DNA from: Anaeramoeba ignava BMAN
Lineage: Eukaryota; Protista; Anaeramoebae
Length of the DNA: 64,000 nt
Direction: 5' to 3'
NCBI GenBank assembly: GCA_028826165.1
Contig: JAPDFW010000108.1
Span: 62,001-126,000 of the forward strand
Position numbers and translations under genes: made by a program. A model generated the notes under the pieces. It was not told the DNA's origin and did not search any database. It was given only the letters and a program-made list of their open reading frames with translations. Shown here piece by piece: positions 38,101 through 51,449 of the stretch. Positions within the stretch are counted from its first letter, which is position 1. Each line of letters begins with the position of its first letter.

Positions 38101-39431
38101 TAATAATAAATTAAATAATAATTTTAATAATAAATTAAATAATAATTTTAATAATAATTTTAATAATAAATTAAATAATAATTTTAATAATAATTTTAAT
38201 AATAATTTTAATAATAAATTTAATAATAAATTTAATAATAATTTTAATAATAATTTTAATAATAATTTTATTATAATTTTATTAATATTTATAATTTTAT
38301 TATAATTTTATTAATATTTATAATTTTATTATAAATTTTAATAATAAATTAACTAGCAAAAAGTTTCACGTTTTGAAAAATTAGCTCCACATGCAAGTTC
38401 TTTTTCTTCAGAAATTGCACAAGATATGATGGATTTATGGAAAGATCCAGCTATTAAAAGTGCTTATACCAGAAGTTCAGAATTTCAATTAAATAATAGT
38501 GCAGAATAGTAAATCAAAATCCAATATTATTCCAAATTATTTATTTTTGAATTAAATTAAATGTGAATTTGTTTTTTTGAAGTTTTTTTGGTAGAATTCC
38601 TGATATTATTAGTTCTGGATATGTTCCATCCGTTGATGATATTTTACGAGTAAGAATTAAAACTACAGGAATCAATGTTTCTCGTTTTGAGGTTGATAGT
38701 GTCGAATTTCAAATGGTTGATGTTGGTGGTCAACGTAACGAAAGAAAGAAATGGTAAATTCATTTACTTATTTATTATTTGGAGAAAAATCTCCAAAATT
38801 TAAACGCAATATTTAATTCAAAAAAAAAAATATCACAATTTCTGATTTGCTTCAAAAGGATTCATTGTTTTCAAGTAAAAAAAAAATATCCTCATTTATA
38901 ATCAAAAAAAAACCATTTACAAGAAAAGAATAATTAAAAATTTCCAATTTTTAGAATGTAACATCCGCAATATTTTGTGTTGGTACAAGTGAATATGACC
39001 AAGGTTTATATGAAGATCAATCAGAAAATAGAATGATTGAAGCACTAAATTTATTTGCAGAAATTTGTAATTGCAAATGGTTCGAAAATACTGAGATGAT
39101 TCTTTTTTTTAACAAAGATGATCTTTTCAGAGAAAAGATTAAAACTGTCAGTTTAAAAACTTGTTTTGATGATTATGATCAAGGACTTGATTATGAAGAA
39201 GCTAAAACCTTTCTTACTCGAAAATTTAAGTCTGTTTGCAATAATCAGTCAAAGCGAATTTATGAACATTTCACAACAGCAACAAACACAAAAAATATTG
39301 AATATGTTTTTTCTGGTAAATTATTTTCTTATCTTTTTATTTTCTTATCTTTTTATTTTCTTATCTTATTATTTTTATTATCTTTATTAGATATTAAGGA
39401 TATTCTTCTTTCAAACATTAAACATATTTGA
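35112..39431 (+). CDS. Heterotrimeric G-protein alpha subunit
   Basis: MGNC lipidation start; ILLLG|AGDSGKST; RIKTTG; [12 protein letters not shown]|IHCFQ; NKDDLF; TTATNT. Includes a 16-nt exon at 38859-38874. Confidence 0.95.
35517..38356 (+). repeat. 2.8-kb G-alpha intron filled by an (AATAATAATTTT)n satellite
   Basis: GT at 35517 and AG at 38355-38356; phase-0 join NE|QKV; interior is almost pure A/T. Confidence 0.92.
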
Positions 39432-39629
39432 TTCTTTCTTTTTTTTGGATTTCTACTCAAGATTTTTGACTTCTTCTTTCTTTTATTCTTTCTTACATTC
39501 TTTTATTCACACTTTGATTTATAACAACAACAGATCCAACAACTTTTTTTTTTTTTGAATTTCTTAATAAAATTGTTATTGATTTTTTTCAAATTTTACA
39601 TAAAACAAATTTCCATTTTAATAATTTTG

Positions 39630-40230
39630 CCAATTAAAAAATTAATAGAAAATTAAAATAAATTTATAATTTATTTTAAATTATTTATTAATTAAATTCC
39701 AAAATAAATTGATTATTAAATATTATTAAATTTTATTAAAAAGAAAAGAAAAAAATATTTTTTTTGATTATTTTGATCATAATTTTCGCAATTAAAAAAT
39801 TAATAGAAAATTAAAATTTATTTATAATTTATTTTTAAATTATTAATTAATTAAATATTAAAACAAATTGATTATTAAATATTATTAAATTTAAAACCCT
39901 AAAAAGAAAAGAAAAATATTTTTGATTATCTTTTAATCATAATTTTTGCAATTAAAAATTAATAGAAAATTAAAATAAATTTATAATTTATTTTAAATTA
40001 TTAATTAATTAAATTTTAAAACAAATTTATTATTAAATATTATTAAATTTTAAACCCTAAAAAGAAAAGAAAAAAATATTTTTTTTTGATTATTTTGATC
40101 ATAATTTTGTTAATTAAAAATTAATAGAAAATTAAAATATATTTATAATTTATTTTAAATTATTAATTAATTAAATTCCAAAATAAATTTATTATTAAAA
40201 ATTTTTAAAAATATTTTATTAAAAAGAAAA
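39630..40230. repeat. Four-copy ~160-bp intergenic tandem repeat
   Basis: AATTAAAAATTAATAGAAAATTAAAAT recurs near 39632, 39790, 39949 and 40112. Confidence 0.85.
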
Positions 40231-40569
40231 AGAAAAATATTTTTAATAAAAATTAAATAAATAATTTTGATAAATAAAAAATTAAATAAAAATAAAATCT
40301 TTTTTGTTTTTATTGTTGAAAAGGGTTATTTTTTTTATTTATTATTTTTTTTTTATTTAATTTTTATTTAAAAAAAAAAAGAAATCAAAAATTTAAAAGG
40401 AAATAAAGTTAATTTACAGTTGGAAATGAAGGTTTTTTAAAATAAAAAAAAATAAAAAAAAAAGATCATTTTTTTCTTCTTTTTTTAATTTTTCTTTCTT
40501 ATTAATTTCCCAATAAAAAAAATAAAATAAAAAAAATAAATAAAATAATAAAGTAAATAAATAAAAAGT

Positions 40570-40851
40570 ATGAATTTCCCAAAACTAACAAAAGAAACAA
40601 AAGAGAATCGAAATGAAGCAAGTGAAGAACAACAACAACAACAAGATTTAAATGAAACAGATTTAACTGAAGAACAATTTAAAGAGATTATTTCACAAAG
40701 AATGCAAAAAGCACTTGATAACAGAAACAAAGCAATTGAAGAAGCTTATAATACTTATTTTCAAGCTCAACAAAAATTAATGCATGATTTTTTGGATAGT
40801 ATTAAACAATTTGAGATTGAAGAGTTTCTTTCTTCTCTCAACAAAAAATGA
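40570..40851 (+). CDS. Small helical hypothetical protein (93 aa)
   Basis: Uninterrupted ORF with coding-like composition inside AT-rich intergenic DNA; no family recognised. Confidence 0.5.
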   Translation: MNFPKLTKETKENRNEASEEQQQQQDLNETDLTEEQFKEIISQRMQKALDNRNKAIEEAYNTYFQAQQKLMHDFLDSIKQFEIEEFLSSLNKK

Positions 40852-41329
40852 TTCTCAACTAATTATTCTTTTTTTTCTATTTTGGCTTTTTATAAAACAA
40901 TTTTTTCTTTGTTTTTTGTTTTTTTGTTTTTTTTAGTTACTCTCCTTTTTTTTAAGAGAAAAAATTCTTTTATAAAAACTAAAAAAATAACCCTAATTTT
41001 AATTTGGTTTTGTTTTTAAATTTAATTTTAATTTTAATTTTAATTTTTATTTTAATTTTAAAAATTTTTTTCAAGATCATTTATAGTTATTCTGAAATTA
41101 TTCAGAAGCAATTAACTTAAAAATTTATTAAATATAATTAAATTAAAGTTAATCCATTTATTGGTTTATTTATTTCCAATCTTTTTTCCTTTTATTTTCT
41201 TATTAAAAAAGGGGGATAAACAAAAAAAAAATAAAAGAAAAAAAAAATACCCTTTTTTGATTTTATTTAATTTCTTTAATTATTTTAAATTAAAACAAAA
41301 CAAAATTTAATTTGAAATTAATATGAAAA

Positions 41330-43995
41330 TTATTAAAATAAATTAATAAATTAATATAAAATATTATAATTATAAATAATTATAAATAAATCTTTAATTA
41401 TTTTAAATTAAAACGAAATATATTTGATTAATAAAATTTCTTATTTTGGATCATTTCCTTTTATAACAAATTTAAAATGAAATTAATTTGAAAATAATTA
41501 AAATAAATTAATATATTAATATAAAATATTATAATTATAAATAATTATAAATAAATCTTTTATTATTTTAAATTGAAAAAATATATTTGATTAATAAAAT
41601 TTCTTATTTTGGATCATTTCCTTTTTAAAACAAATTTAAAAATGAAATTATTGATAAAATAAATTAATAAATTAATATAAAATATTATAATTATAAATAA
41701 TTATAAATAAATCTTTAATAATTTTAAATTGAAAAAATATATTTGTCAGCAAAAAGGAAAAATTTCCTAAAGCATAAATAGATCTTTAGAATAATATTAA
41801 ATTAAAATAAATTAATAAATTAATATAAAATATTATAGTTATAAATAATTATAAATAAATCTTTAATAATTTCTAATTGAAAAAAAATATATTTGATTAA
41901 TAAAAATTTCTTATTTTGGATCATTTCCTTTTAAAACAAAATTTAAAATGAAATTAATTTGAAAATAATTAAAATAAATTAATAAATTAATATAAAATAT
42001 TATAATTATAAATAATTATAAATAAATCTTTATAATTTTAAATTGAAAAATATATTTGATTAATAAAATTTCTTATTTTGGATCATTTCCTTTTAAACAA
42101 ATTTAAAATGAAATTAATATGAAAATAATTAAAAATAAATTAATAAATTAATATAAAATATTATAATTATAAATAATTATAAATAAATCTTTAATTATTT
42201 TAAATTGAAAAATATATTTTGATTAAAAATTTCCTAAAAGCATAAATTGATCTTTAGAATATTAAATTAAAATAAAAATTAATAAATTAATAATTTTAAA
42301 TTGAAAAATATATTATAGTTATAAAATTTCTTAGATTTTTAAAATAAATTTAAAATGAAATTAATTTAGAAAATAAATTAATAAAAAATAAAATATTTTT
42401 ATAAAGCAAAAATTTTTTAATAATTTTAAATTGAAAAATATATTTGATTAATAAAATTTCTTATTTTGATCATTTCCTTTTAAAACAAATTTAAAATGAA
42501 ATTAATTTGAAAATTATTAAAATAAATTAATAAATTAATATAAAATATTATAATTATAAATAATTATAAATAAATCTTTTAATTATTTTTAAATTGAAAA
42601 AAATATATTTGATTAATAAAATTTCTTATTTTGGATCATTTCCTTTTAAAAACAAATTTAAAATGAAATTAATTTGAAAATAATTAAAATAAATTAATAA
42701 ATTAATATAAAATATTATAATTATAAATAATTATAAATAAATCTTTAATTAATTTTAAATTGAAAAAAAATATATTTGTCAGCAAAAAGAAAAATTTCCT
42801 AAAGCATAAATTGATCTTTAGAATAATATTAAATTAAAATAAATTAATAGATTAATATAAAATATTATAATTATAAATAATTATAAATAAATCTTTTAAT
42901 TATTTTAAATTAAAACAAAAATATATTTGATTAAAAATTTCTTATTTTGGATCATTTCCTTTTAAAACAAAATTATTTTGAAATTAATATGAAAATATTT
43001 AAAATAAATTATAGATTAAAAATTGTCATAAATAAATCTTTAATTATTTCGAAAAAATGAATATTTGATTAAAAAATTTCAATTAGATCTTTAAAAACAA
43101 ATTTAAAATGAAATTAATTTGAAATAATTAAAATAAATTAATAAATTAATATAAAATATTATAATTATAAATAATTATAAATAAATCTTTAATAATTTTA
43201 AATTGAAAAAAAATATATTTGATTAATAAAATTTCTTATTTTGGATCATTTCCTTTTAAAACAAAATTTATTTTGAAATTAATATGAAAATTATTAAAAT
43301 AAATTTATAGATTAATATAAAATATTATAATTATAAATAATTATAAATAAATCTTTAATTATTTTAAATTGAAAAAAAATATATTTGTCAGCAAAAAGAA
43401 AAATTTCCCTAAAGCATAAATTGATCTTTAGAATAATATTAAATTAAAATAAATTAATAAATTAATATAAAATATTATAGTTATAAATAATTATAAATAA
43501 ATCTTTAATAATTTTAAATTGAAAAAAAATATATTTGATTAATAAAATTTCTTATTTTGGATCATTTCCTTTTAAAACAAAATTATTTTGAAATTAATAT
43601 GAAAATTATTTAAAATAAATTAATAAATTAAAATAAAATATTGTAATTATAAATAATTATAAATAAATCTTTAATTATTTCTAATTGAAAAAAAATATAT
43701 TTGATTAACAAAATTTCAATTAGGTCTTTAAAACAAATTTAAAATGAAATTAATATGAAAATAATTAAAATAAATTAATAAATTAATATAAAATATTATA
43801 ATTATAAATAATTATAAATAAATCTTTAATTATTTCTAATTGAAAAAAAATATATTTGATTAAAAAAATTTCTTATTTTGGATCATTTCCTTTTAAAACA
43901 AAATTATTTTGAAATTAATATGAAAATAATTAAAATAAATTTATAGATTAATATAAAATATTATAATTATAAATAATTATAAATAAATCTTTTAT
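41330..43995. repeat. ~150-168-bp tandem satellite, about 17 copies with alternating monomer types
   Basis: Shared core TAAATAATTATAAATAAATCTTT recurs every ~150-168 bp; variants carry TTCTTATTTTGGATCATTTCC, CCTAAAGCATAAATTGATCTTTAG or CAATTAG(A/G)TCTTT. Confidence 0.9.
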
Positions 43996-44072
43996 AATTT
44001 CTCAATATTTAAAAAAAAAAATTAAAAAAAATTTTTCCATTTCACTTTTTTTCTTTTTTTTTTTTTCTTCTA

Positions 44073-44832
44073 ATGTGTTGGAGTTTTGAAGTGTCAATAG
44101 TATTCTCAATCCTAGAAATTTTGATAATGAGTTTTTTTAATCTGGAGAAATCAAAAAAGAGATCGATGGTTCAGTTTTTTTTTTTTTTTTGTAATGATGG
44201 TAGAATTTTCAGAAATTTTTATATGGAAATCATTAAAAAAAACGGAATCCAAATGTGCATCAACAAATAAGCTATTCACAGCAATTCTATTTTTTATAAT
44301 TTTTTTACAACCATTAGCAGGCAACATTTTCCTGCGCAAAACAACGGAAACCGAAAACAAAACGATGTATACAGTGACTGTAGTTTTATCATTTATAACA
44401 TCAATATTTCAATTTATAAAATTATTTATTGAATGGGGTAAATTGGGTTATAATGGCAATTGTAGTTACGAAACAGATGATGGCCATCTAGCTTGGGGCT
44501 GGAAAACCTACAAGTCCGCTCTTCTTCCTCAAGATTTTAATTACTTTTGTATGACTTCCTTGCCGGTTTTCTTTTATAAACCTCGTCTCTTTGCTTTGGG
44601 CTTTCTTTTGATCTATCTTTCAACTATTGCTATTTGCTATTTTACTTTCCACATGAATTCATTCGCTTCTACATGGTGCTGGACTGCAATAGCTTTTCTT
44701 ATTCTTTCTATTTTGGATCCTTGGTTGATTCAAAAGAAAAGTTTTCGCTCAATTTTTAAAAGAGAATCACAAGAGGAAGAAATACATGCTCCTTTGGATT
44801 TTGAATATATTGAAGTTGAATTTGATAAATAG
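44073..44832 (+). CDS. DUF5765-like multi-pass membrane protein (MCWS...GHLxW...STWCW), intronless
   Basis: Removing one T from the run at 44132-44138 joins MCWSFEVS...MSFLIWRNQKRDRW to ORF 44194-44832, which contains QP, GHLAWGW and FASTWCW motifs. Confidence 0.65.
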
Positions 44833-44949
44833 TTGGCTAAAATGATAATAGGATTAATTTAACATGGAAAGAATTTGGAAATTTTTTATTTTTTTTTTCA
44901 TTTTTTTTTTTTCATTTTTTTTTTCATTTTTTTTTTTTTGCTTTTTTAA

Positions 44950-47445
44950 ATGAATCCATTTCAACAAAATTCTGATAGTGAAGTAATAAATCAATTCTAT
45001 AAAATATTTAATCTTCATTTTAATACTTAATTTTTTACTAAACAAATTTTCCAAATTGGAAATTATTAATAAAAAGGATACATCTTCACATAAAAAAACC
45101 TCATCAGAAAAAGAAGAGAACGGGTTAGCGAATTACAACCCTTTTGCAAATGATCAGCAAGTAAAATATTTTTAAAAACAAACTGATGAAAAATTATTAA
45201 GATTTTATTTGAAATTTTATGAAAAATTTTTTTTAAATAAAAATTAAGATTCATTTATAAAATTAAAATTAAAATTCAAATTCATTTATAAAATTAAAAT
45301 TAAAAATTAAAAATTAAAATTAAAATTAAAATAAAAATAAAAATTAAAATTAATATTAATATTAAAATTAAAATTAAAATTCATTTATAAAATTAAAATT
45401 AATATTAAAATTAAAATTAAAATTAAAAAAAAAAAATTAAATTTAAATTAAAATTTTAAAATTAAAAATTTATAAAATTAAATTTATAAAATTAAAATTC
45501 ATTTTATTTATAAAATTAAAATTAAAATTAAAATTCATTTATAAAATTAAAATTAACATTAATATTAAAATTCAAATTCATTTATAAAATTAAAATAAAA
45601 TTAAAATTAAAATTCATTTATAAAATTAAAATTCAAATTAAAATAAAAAGAATCATCAAGATTCAAATCAATATAAAGATAATCAAAGAGATAATGATGG
45701 ATTTGATCCAGACATGGATTTTAATCAAGATGTAGAAAATAATCAGAATACATCAGCAAATCCTTTTAAATCTCAAGCTGCAATGACTAATACTTCAAAT
45801 ATGACACTTGAAGAGTTAGAGTATTATACTCAAAAAAGAGAAACAGAATTAGATGCTAGAGAAAAAAAGCTTGGCAAAATTGAACAGAATTTAGGTTTGT
45901 ATTGGTTATTGATTTAAACTCAATTTGATATTGATATTGAAATTCAAAATCAATTTTAATTTCAATTTTAATTTTAATTTCAATTATAATTTTAATTTCA
46001 AATTCAATTTCAATTTTAATTTTAATTTCAAAATTAATTTAAATTTTAATTTAAATTTTAATTTTAATTTTAATTCAAAATTAGGTGTTGATCCACAAAG
46101 ATATAAAAATTGGCCAGTTTGTAGACCAATTTTATTTCATTCAATTAAGAAAGATATTCCAAGTGGTTCTCAAGGATATGTTAGATTAGCTTATCTTACA
46201 TGGATCAGTAAATTTTCCTTTTTTTTTTATTCTTTTTCAAAAGGAAATTAATTGAAAATTTTTTTTAGTTACTTATTGTGCTTTTGGTTGGAATATGATT
46301 TGTATGTTTGCTAAATTGAGTGGTGGTGAGGAAGTTACTAATAAAGGTGCTGATGTTGGATTAAGTATTCTTTATGTGATTGTTGTTCCTGTTCTTTGTT
46401 GGCCTTTATGGTATAGACTTCTTTATAATGCTGCAAGGTAAATTAGTTAGCAATTTCCAGATGAAATTTATAATGAAATTTAAAATTAAATTTAAAATTA
46501 AATTTATAATTAAATTTAAAATTAAATTTAAAATTAAATTTAAAACTAAATTTATAATGAAATTTATAATTAAATTTATAATTAAATTTATAATGAAATT
46601 TATAATTAAATTTCCAGATGAAATTTATAATTAAATTTAAAATTAAATTTATAATTAAATCTATAATTAAATTTATAATTAAATTTATAATGAAATTTAT
46701 AATTAAATTTATAATTAAATTTATAATTAAATTTATAATTAAATTTATAATTAAATTTATAATTAAATTTATAATTAAATTTATAATGAAATTTATAATT
46801 AAATTTATAATTAAATTTATAATTAAATTTCCAGATGAAATTTATAATTAAATTTATAATTAAATTTCTAATCAAATTTATAATGAAATTTATAATTATA
46901 TTTATAATCAAATTTCCAGATGAAATTTATAATTAAATTTCCAGATGAAATTTATAATGAAATTTATAATTATATTTATAATCAAATTTCCAGATGAAAT
47001 TTATAATCAAATTTATAATTATATTTATAATTAAATTAATCTAAAAGAAAATCAAAAACTCGTAAATTCTCCATTTTCTTTTGTACATTCATTTTATTTT
47101 TAATGTTTGTGGTTGTAATAATGATTGGAGTATCTGGAACAGGTTGCGCGTATGTTAAGAAATTAAATCAAAAATATAAACATTAATTTTAAATCAAAAA
47201 TATAAACATTAATTTTAAATCAAAAATTTTCTTTTTCATTTAAAATAAAAAGGGGAGTTCTTAATCTACTTGCTTGCCTTGATAAAAACGCAAAAACTGC
47301 TGCTTATTTAATGATTCCAAATATTGTTGTTTGGTTTTTGATATTAATTTTTGGAGTAATTATTTTAAAACAAGCAATCACAAAATATCGAGAACTTAAA
47401 CCTAAAAAAGAAGAAGAAAATCAAGAAAAAACAAAAAATAATTAA
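44950..47445 (+). CDS. SCAMP: Secretory carrier membrane protein (SCAMP)
   Basis: Three NPF motifs (MNPF, YNPF, ANPF); KRETELDARE coiled coil; KNWP...HSIKKDIP; E-peptide CWPLWYRLLYNAA; four TM segments. Confidence 0.9.
46450..47040 (+). repeat. 12-bp satellite (ATAATTAAATTT)n in a SCAMP intron
   Basis: Visible tandem array punctuated by TTTCCAGATG units. Confidence 0.9.
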
Positions 47446-47693
47446 ATTATTTTCTTTTTTTTCTGTCAAATCAAATTTGATCCAAAAAAAAAAAGAAAGA
47501 AAGAAGAACAAATTTCTTTCATCTTTTTTTTTTCAAAATCTTTTCTATTTTTTTTTTCTTTTTGGAATTATGTTTTTCCAGTTTTTTTTAAAAAAAAATA
47601 TTTTTTTTTTTCATTTTTCTTCTTCCTTTTTTTCTCTTTTATTTTTAAAACAAAAACAAAAATTAATTTTTAAATTTAATTTTAAATTTTTTA

Positions 47694-49433
47694 ATGACTG
47701 AAAAATTTTTAAGAAGTATTGTTAATTCTTTTGAAAAAACAATTGATAGTTTTGGATTTCAAGATGTTAAAAAAGAAGAAAAACCAAAAAATAATCAAAA
47801 AACACCAAGAAAAACACCAATAAAAACACCAATAAAAAAATCAGAAGAAAAACAAGATTCAAAACAAGATTTAAAGCAAGATTCAAAAGAAAAAATAAGT
47901 GAAAAAATAAGTGAAAAAATTACAGAAATCAATGAAAAAATTAAAGAAATTGATAATTCAAGAAAATTATCAGAAAATGATAAAGAAAATGATAAAGAAA
48001 ATGATAAAGAAAATGAAAATGAAAAAGAAAAATGAAAATGATAATTTCAAAAAAGAAAATGATAAATTAAGACAAGTTTGCGTTGAACTCAATAATACTT
48101 TGTTTCAATATCGAGATAAATTCCAAGAAATTGAAAAGAATTTCGAAGAGAAACTTAGTCAATTAAACTCAGAAAAAAAAACACAACAAAATAAAATTGA
48201 ACAGCTTTCAAATGAACTTGAACACAAAAATAGTGAAGTTACTATGTATTTGAATCAGTTAAAAGACATGAAATCACAAAACGAAAAAGTACAATCTAAA
48301 TTGCAAAATATGATGCATCAAAACACTAAATTAAAAGACCAAATTAATGACCAAAATACCCATATTGATGTTTTAATTAGAGAAAAAGAATTAATTCAAA
48401 AGGAAAATCTGGAAAACAAACAAAATATCAAGCGATTGGAAGAAAATGAATTACAACAACAAAAAACAAAGGAATTTGAAATTGAAATGAAGACAATTTT
48501 GCAGGAAAAAGAAAAAAACGAGAATTTCTTCAATCAGGAAATTTCGTTATTGAGAGCACAATTAGAACAAGAAAGAGAAAAATACGAAAATCTATCGATA
48601 TCAATCCCAAATACAACACAACCATTAGTAGAACAAATTGAGGAACTTAAAGAAAAATTATCAACCTTTAAATCGCAAAATAAAGAACTCAAGAAATTTA
48701 ATTCTCAAAAACAAGTTGATTATGAAGACAAAACAAACTCGATGAAAATCAAAATACAGAATTTAAAGCAATCTCAGTCTGAGTTTGCAAGCAAAATGGA
48801 AAAAAACAAGATTAAGAAATTGCAGTTAAAAAATGAAGTCAAAAATCTGCAAGAAAAAATTTCCGTTTTAAATCAGGAAATTCAAAATTTATCACTTAAA
48901 AGCCAAGGAAATGAATCGCTTGAAAATAAATACAATCAAGAAGTTAGTAAGTCCCAAAAGTTAGAAAAAGATTTATTTGAAATGGCCCAAAAAAAGTCTG
49001 ATTTAGAGAAACAAGTGGAAGAATTCAAAGAAAAAATATCATTTATCAAATCCAAAAAAAATAAACACAAAAAAACAATTAAAATTATCCCAACAAAAAT
49101 TGACCAAGAAACCCAAGACAGAATTCTTCCAACAAAATTTGGCTCAATCAGAAGAAATTCAATATTTGAGAAAACACATATCTTCATTAAATGAAGAACG
49201 ACAAGGTCTAACAAATAATTTGGAACATTTCCGAAAAGTTAATCAAGATTTAATTCAAAAAATTGAAAATTTTCAAAAAACTACAAATGTTTCAGAAATT
49301 ATTAACAAAATATGAAATGACAAAAAAACAACTTTTTGAAAAAGAACAACAACTAGAAGAACTCAAACAAGATTTCCAAGATTTTAAATCTTTTTATCAA
49401 GAGCAAGTTCTTGAGTTTGTGGAGAAAAAATAA
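47694..49433 (+). CDS. TMF1/Sgm1-like coiled-coil golgin (frame broken at poly-A runs)
   Basis: TTQPLVEQIEEL resembles TMF TRPLLRQIE; C-term EKEQQLEELKQDFQDFKSFYQEQV resembles the TMF C-terminal domain. Frame changes near 48030, 49080 and 49320 coincide with A-runs. Confidence 0.6.
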
Positions 49434-49569
49434 ACAGAAAAAAAATTTTTTTTTCTTTTTGGGAAAATTCTTTTTTAAAAAAAATTTGATATCAGCAAAA
49501 AAAAAAATGAAATTAAAATTGAGAATGTAATCAAATGATGGATTAAAATAAATTAAAATTAAATCAAAA

Positions 49570-50824
49570 TTAAATTAAAATTAAATTGGAAAAAGGAGGT
49601 TTTGGAAGTGAAAAAGGAGTTTCTTTTGCCAGTTCAAGACCATCAGGAAGTTTTGGAAGATCTTCAATAGGAACAACATTTTGGAGAAAGACAGTAGTAT
49701 TAGTTCTTTCATAAGTTTCTTTCAAACGAGAAATATCTTTGACCTCCTCAGCTATTCTGTTTTGGATTTTTGAAGCGAAATTAATTGCTGTTGATTTTGG
49801 AATAGTTTTTAAATAATTAGTTGCTTTTTCAAGATAACCAAGAGCTATTCCAAGTTTATCTTTTGTAGCAAAATGTTGAGCAAGAAATTTGCAAGCCATT
49901 GAATAGAAAATAAGCTTTGATGCTGGTAAATATGATTGGAAAGCAAGTGAGAATGAATTCCATTCAGTATCTTTTTCTTTGAAAGTTTTTTCTGCTTGTT
50001 CAATTAAGTTTTGAGATCCAATGCATAATTTTGCTAAAATCATAGGTTTTGTGTCTGAAAGTTCTCCTTTTTTCATTGCAATATAATTTGCAAATGATCG
50101 TGATAATAAATTCATCCCTTTGGCATATAACGGTACAAATTCTGGTGGATGAACTTGTGGTGGATCTCCATTTGATTCTATTTCTTCTGCCATTTTGGAA
50201 AAGATTCCTGCTGATTTTTGGAAATATTTTATGGCTATTTTAAATTATTGAATTTTTAAATATTAAATTTTTAAATATTGAATTTTTAAATAATAAATTT
50301 TTAATTTTATATCAACAATCATTTGCAACACGATCTTTTTCTAATTCTTCTGCTTTTTCAAAAACAGAAATTCCATAATTAAGATAAAGAATAGCAATCA
50401 AATTCAAAACCATAGAAATATCAAGACTAAAAATTAAAATCCATTTTGAAAATTAAAATCCATTTTGAAAATTAAAATAGATAAAATACCTTAAACCTTT
50501 TGAACATTTTTCAGAATCTGTAACAATAGGAAAATAATTTGTGGATTGAGTTGAAGAACTTTTCCAATACAATTTCAACAAAGTTTTAAGTTGAATTTTT
50601 TCTAAATTATTTACTGAGTTTCTTAAACCTAAAATTAAAGAAAGATAATTTTGAGTTTGTTCAATTGCAGAAGGAATTGTCATTTCAGATAATTTTTGTA
50701 ATTCAGTTCTTTTTTGTGTAATTTGAATTAAGATTTGTTTATTTTGTTTATTTTGTTTATTGAATTTAAACAAAGTTTCAAAACTAAATTTTTTAGGTTT
50801 TGGAAGTGGAAATCGAAAGAACAT
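49570..50824 (-). CDS. BRO1-domain protein (BROX-like)
   Basis: MFFRFPLPKPKKFSF start; LKLYWKSS; KSAGIFQ; LGIALGYL; YERTNTTVFLQNV; LPKP tail. Confidence 0.75.
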
Positions 50825-50942
50825 TTTGAAATAAAAAATAAAAAATTAAAAAATGAAAAATGAAAAATTATTTTTTTCTTTTTATAATTTTTTAATAAAA
50901 AAAAAAAGCAAAAAAAAATATAATAATAATAAATAATTTTTG

Positions 50943-51437
50943 ATGTCAATTCAATCAAAAAAAAAATTACAAAATTCTTTAATTCCAAAACAAATATTAT
51001 TTCGAACATTTGCTTCAAAACTTAAACCATCTGAAGAAGCAAAAAGAGTACTTAAAATTGGAGGAAAAGGAGTTAAAACAACATTTGTCTCAAAAGATTT
51101 AACAACAAATAGAACAGGAAAAGAAAATGATGATGTTTTATCAACACCTTCAATGATTTTATTGATGGAATTAGCTTCAGTTGAAGCAATTGATCCTTTT
51201 CTTGATAAATCTTTTGCTACTGTCGGTTTTCATGTTAATGTCAAGCATCTTGCTAGAACTAATAAAGGTGCCACTGTCACTACTGAATCTATTATTGAAA
51301 AAATTGATGGTTCTAAAATTACTCTTGATGTTAAAGCTTTTGAAATTGATGGGAATAAAAAAAAATTAATTGGTGATGGAAAACATAGAAGAGCTGTTAT
51401 TAAATTTGATGATGATAATGATAAAAAGAAGAATTAA
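50943..51437 (+). CDS. FlK-type (fluoroacetyl-CoA thioesterase family) hotdog thioesterase with probable organellar presequence
   Basis: VLSTPSMILLME (Thr, Glu), TVGFHVNVKHLA (His), IGDGKHRRAVI; basic N-terminal extension ending FRTFAS; intronless. Confidence 0.85.
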   Translation: MSIQSKKKLQNSLIPKQILFRTFASKLKPSEEAKRVLKIGGKGVKTTFVSKDLTTNRTGKENDDVLSTPSMILLMELASVEAIDPFLDKSFATVGFHVNVKHLARTNKGATVTTESIIEKIDGSKITLDVKAFEIDGNKKKLIGDGKHRRAVIKFDDDNDKKKN

Positions 51438-51449
51438 CATTTCAATTTC

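Noticed and set aside
41330-43995. CRISPR-like or transposon interpretation of the 160-bp array
   Set aside because: No unique spacers, cas genes, terminal inverted repeats or transposase; eukaryotic context
44131-44140. Split ORFs at the start of the DUF5765-like gene
   Set aside because: A single extra T in a T-run explains the split
47990-49340. Three frame changes in the TMF-like golgin
   Set aside because: All coincide with A-runs, consistent with homopolymer errors rather than recoding
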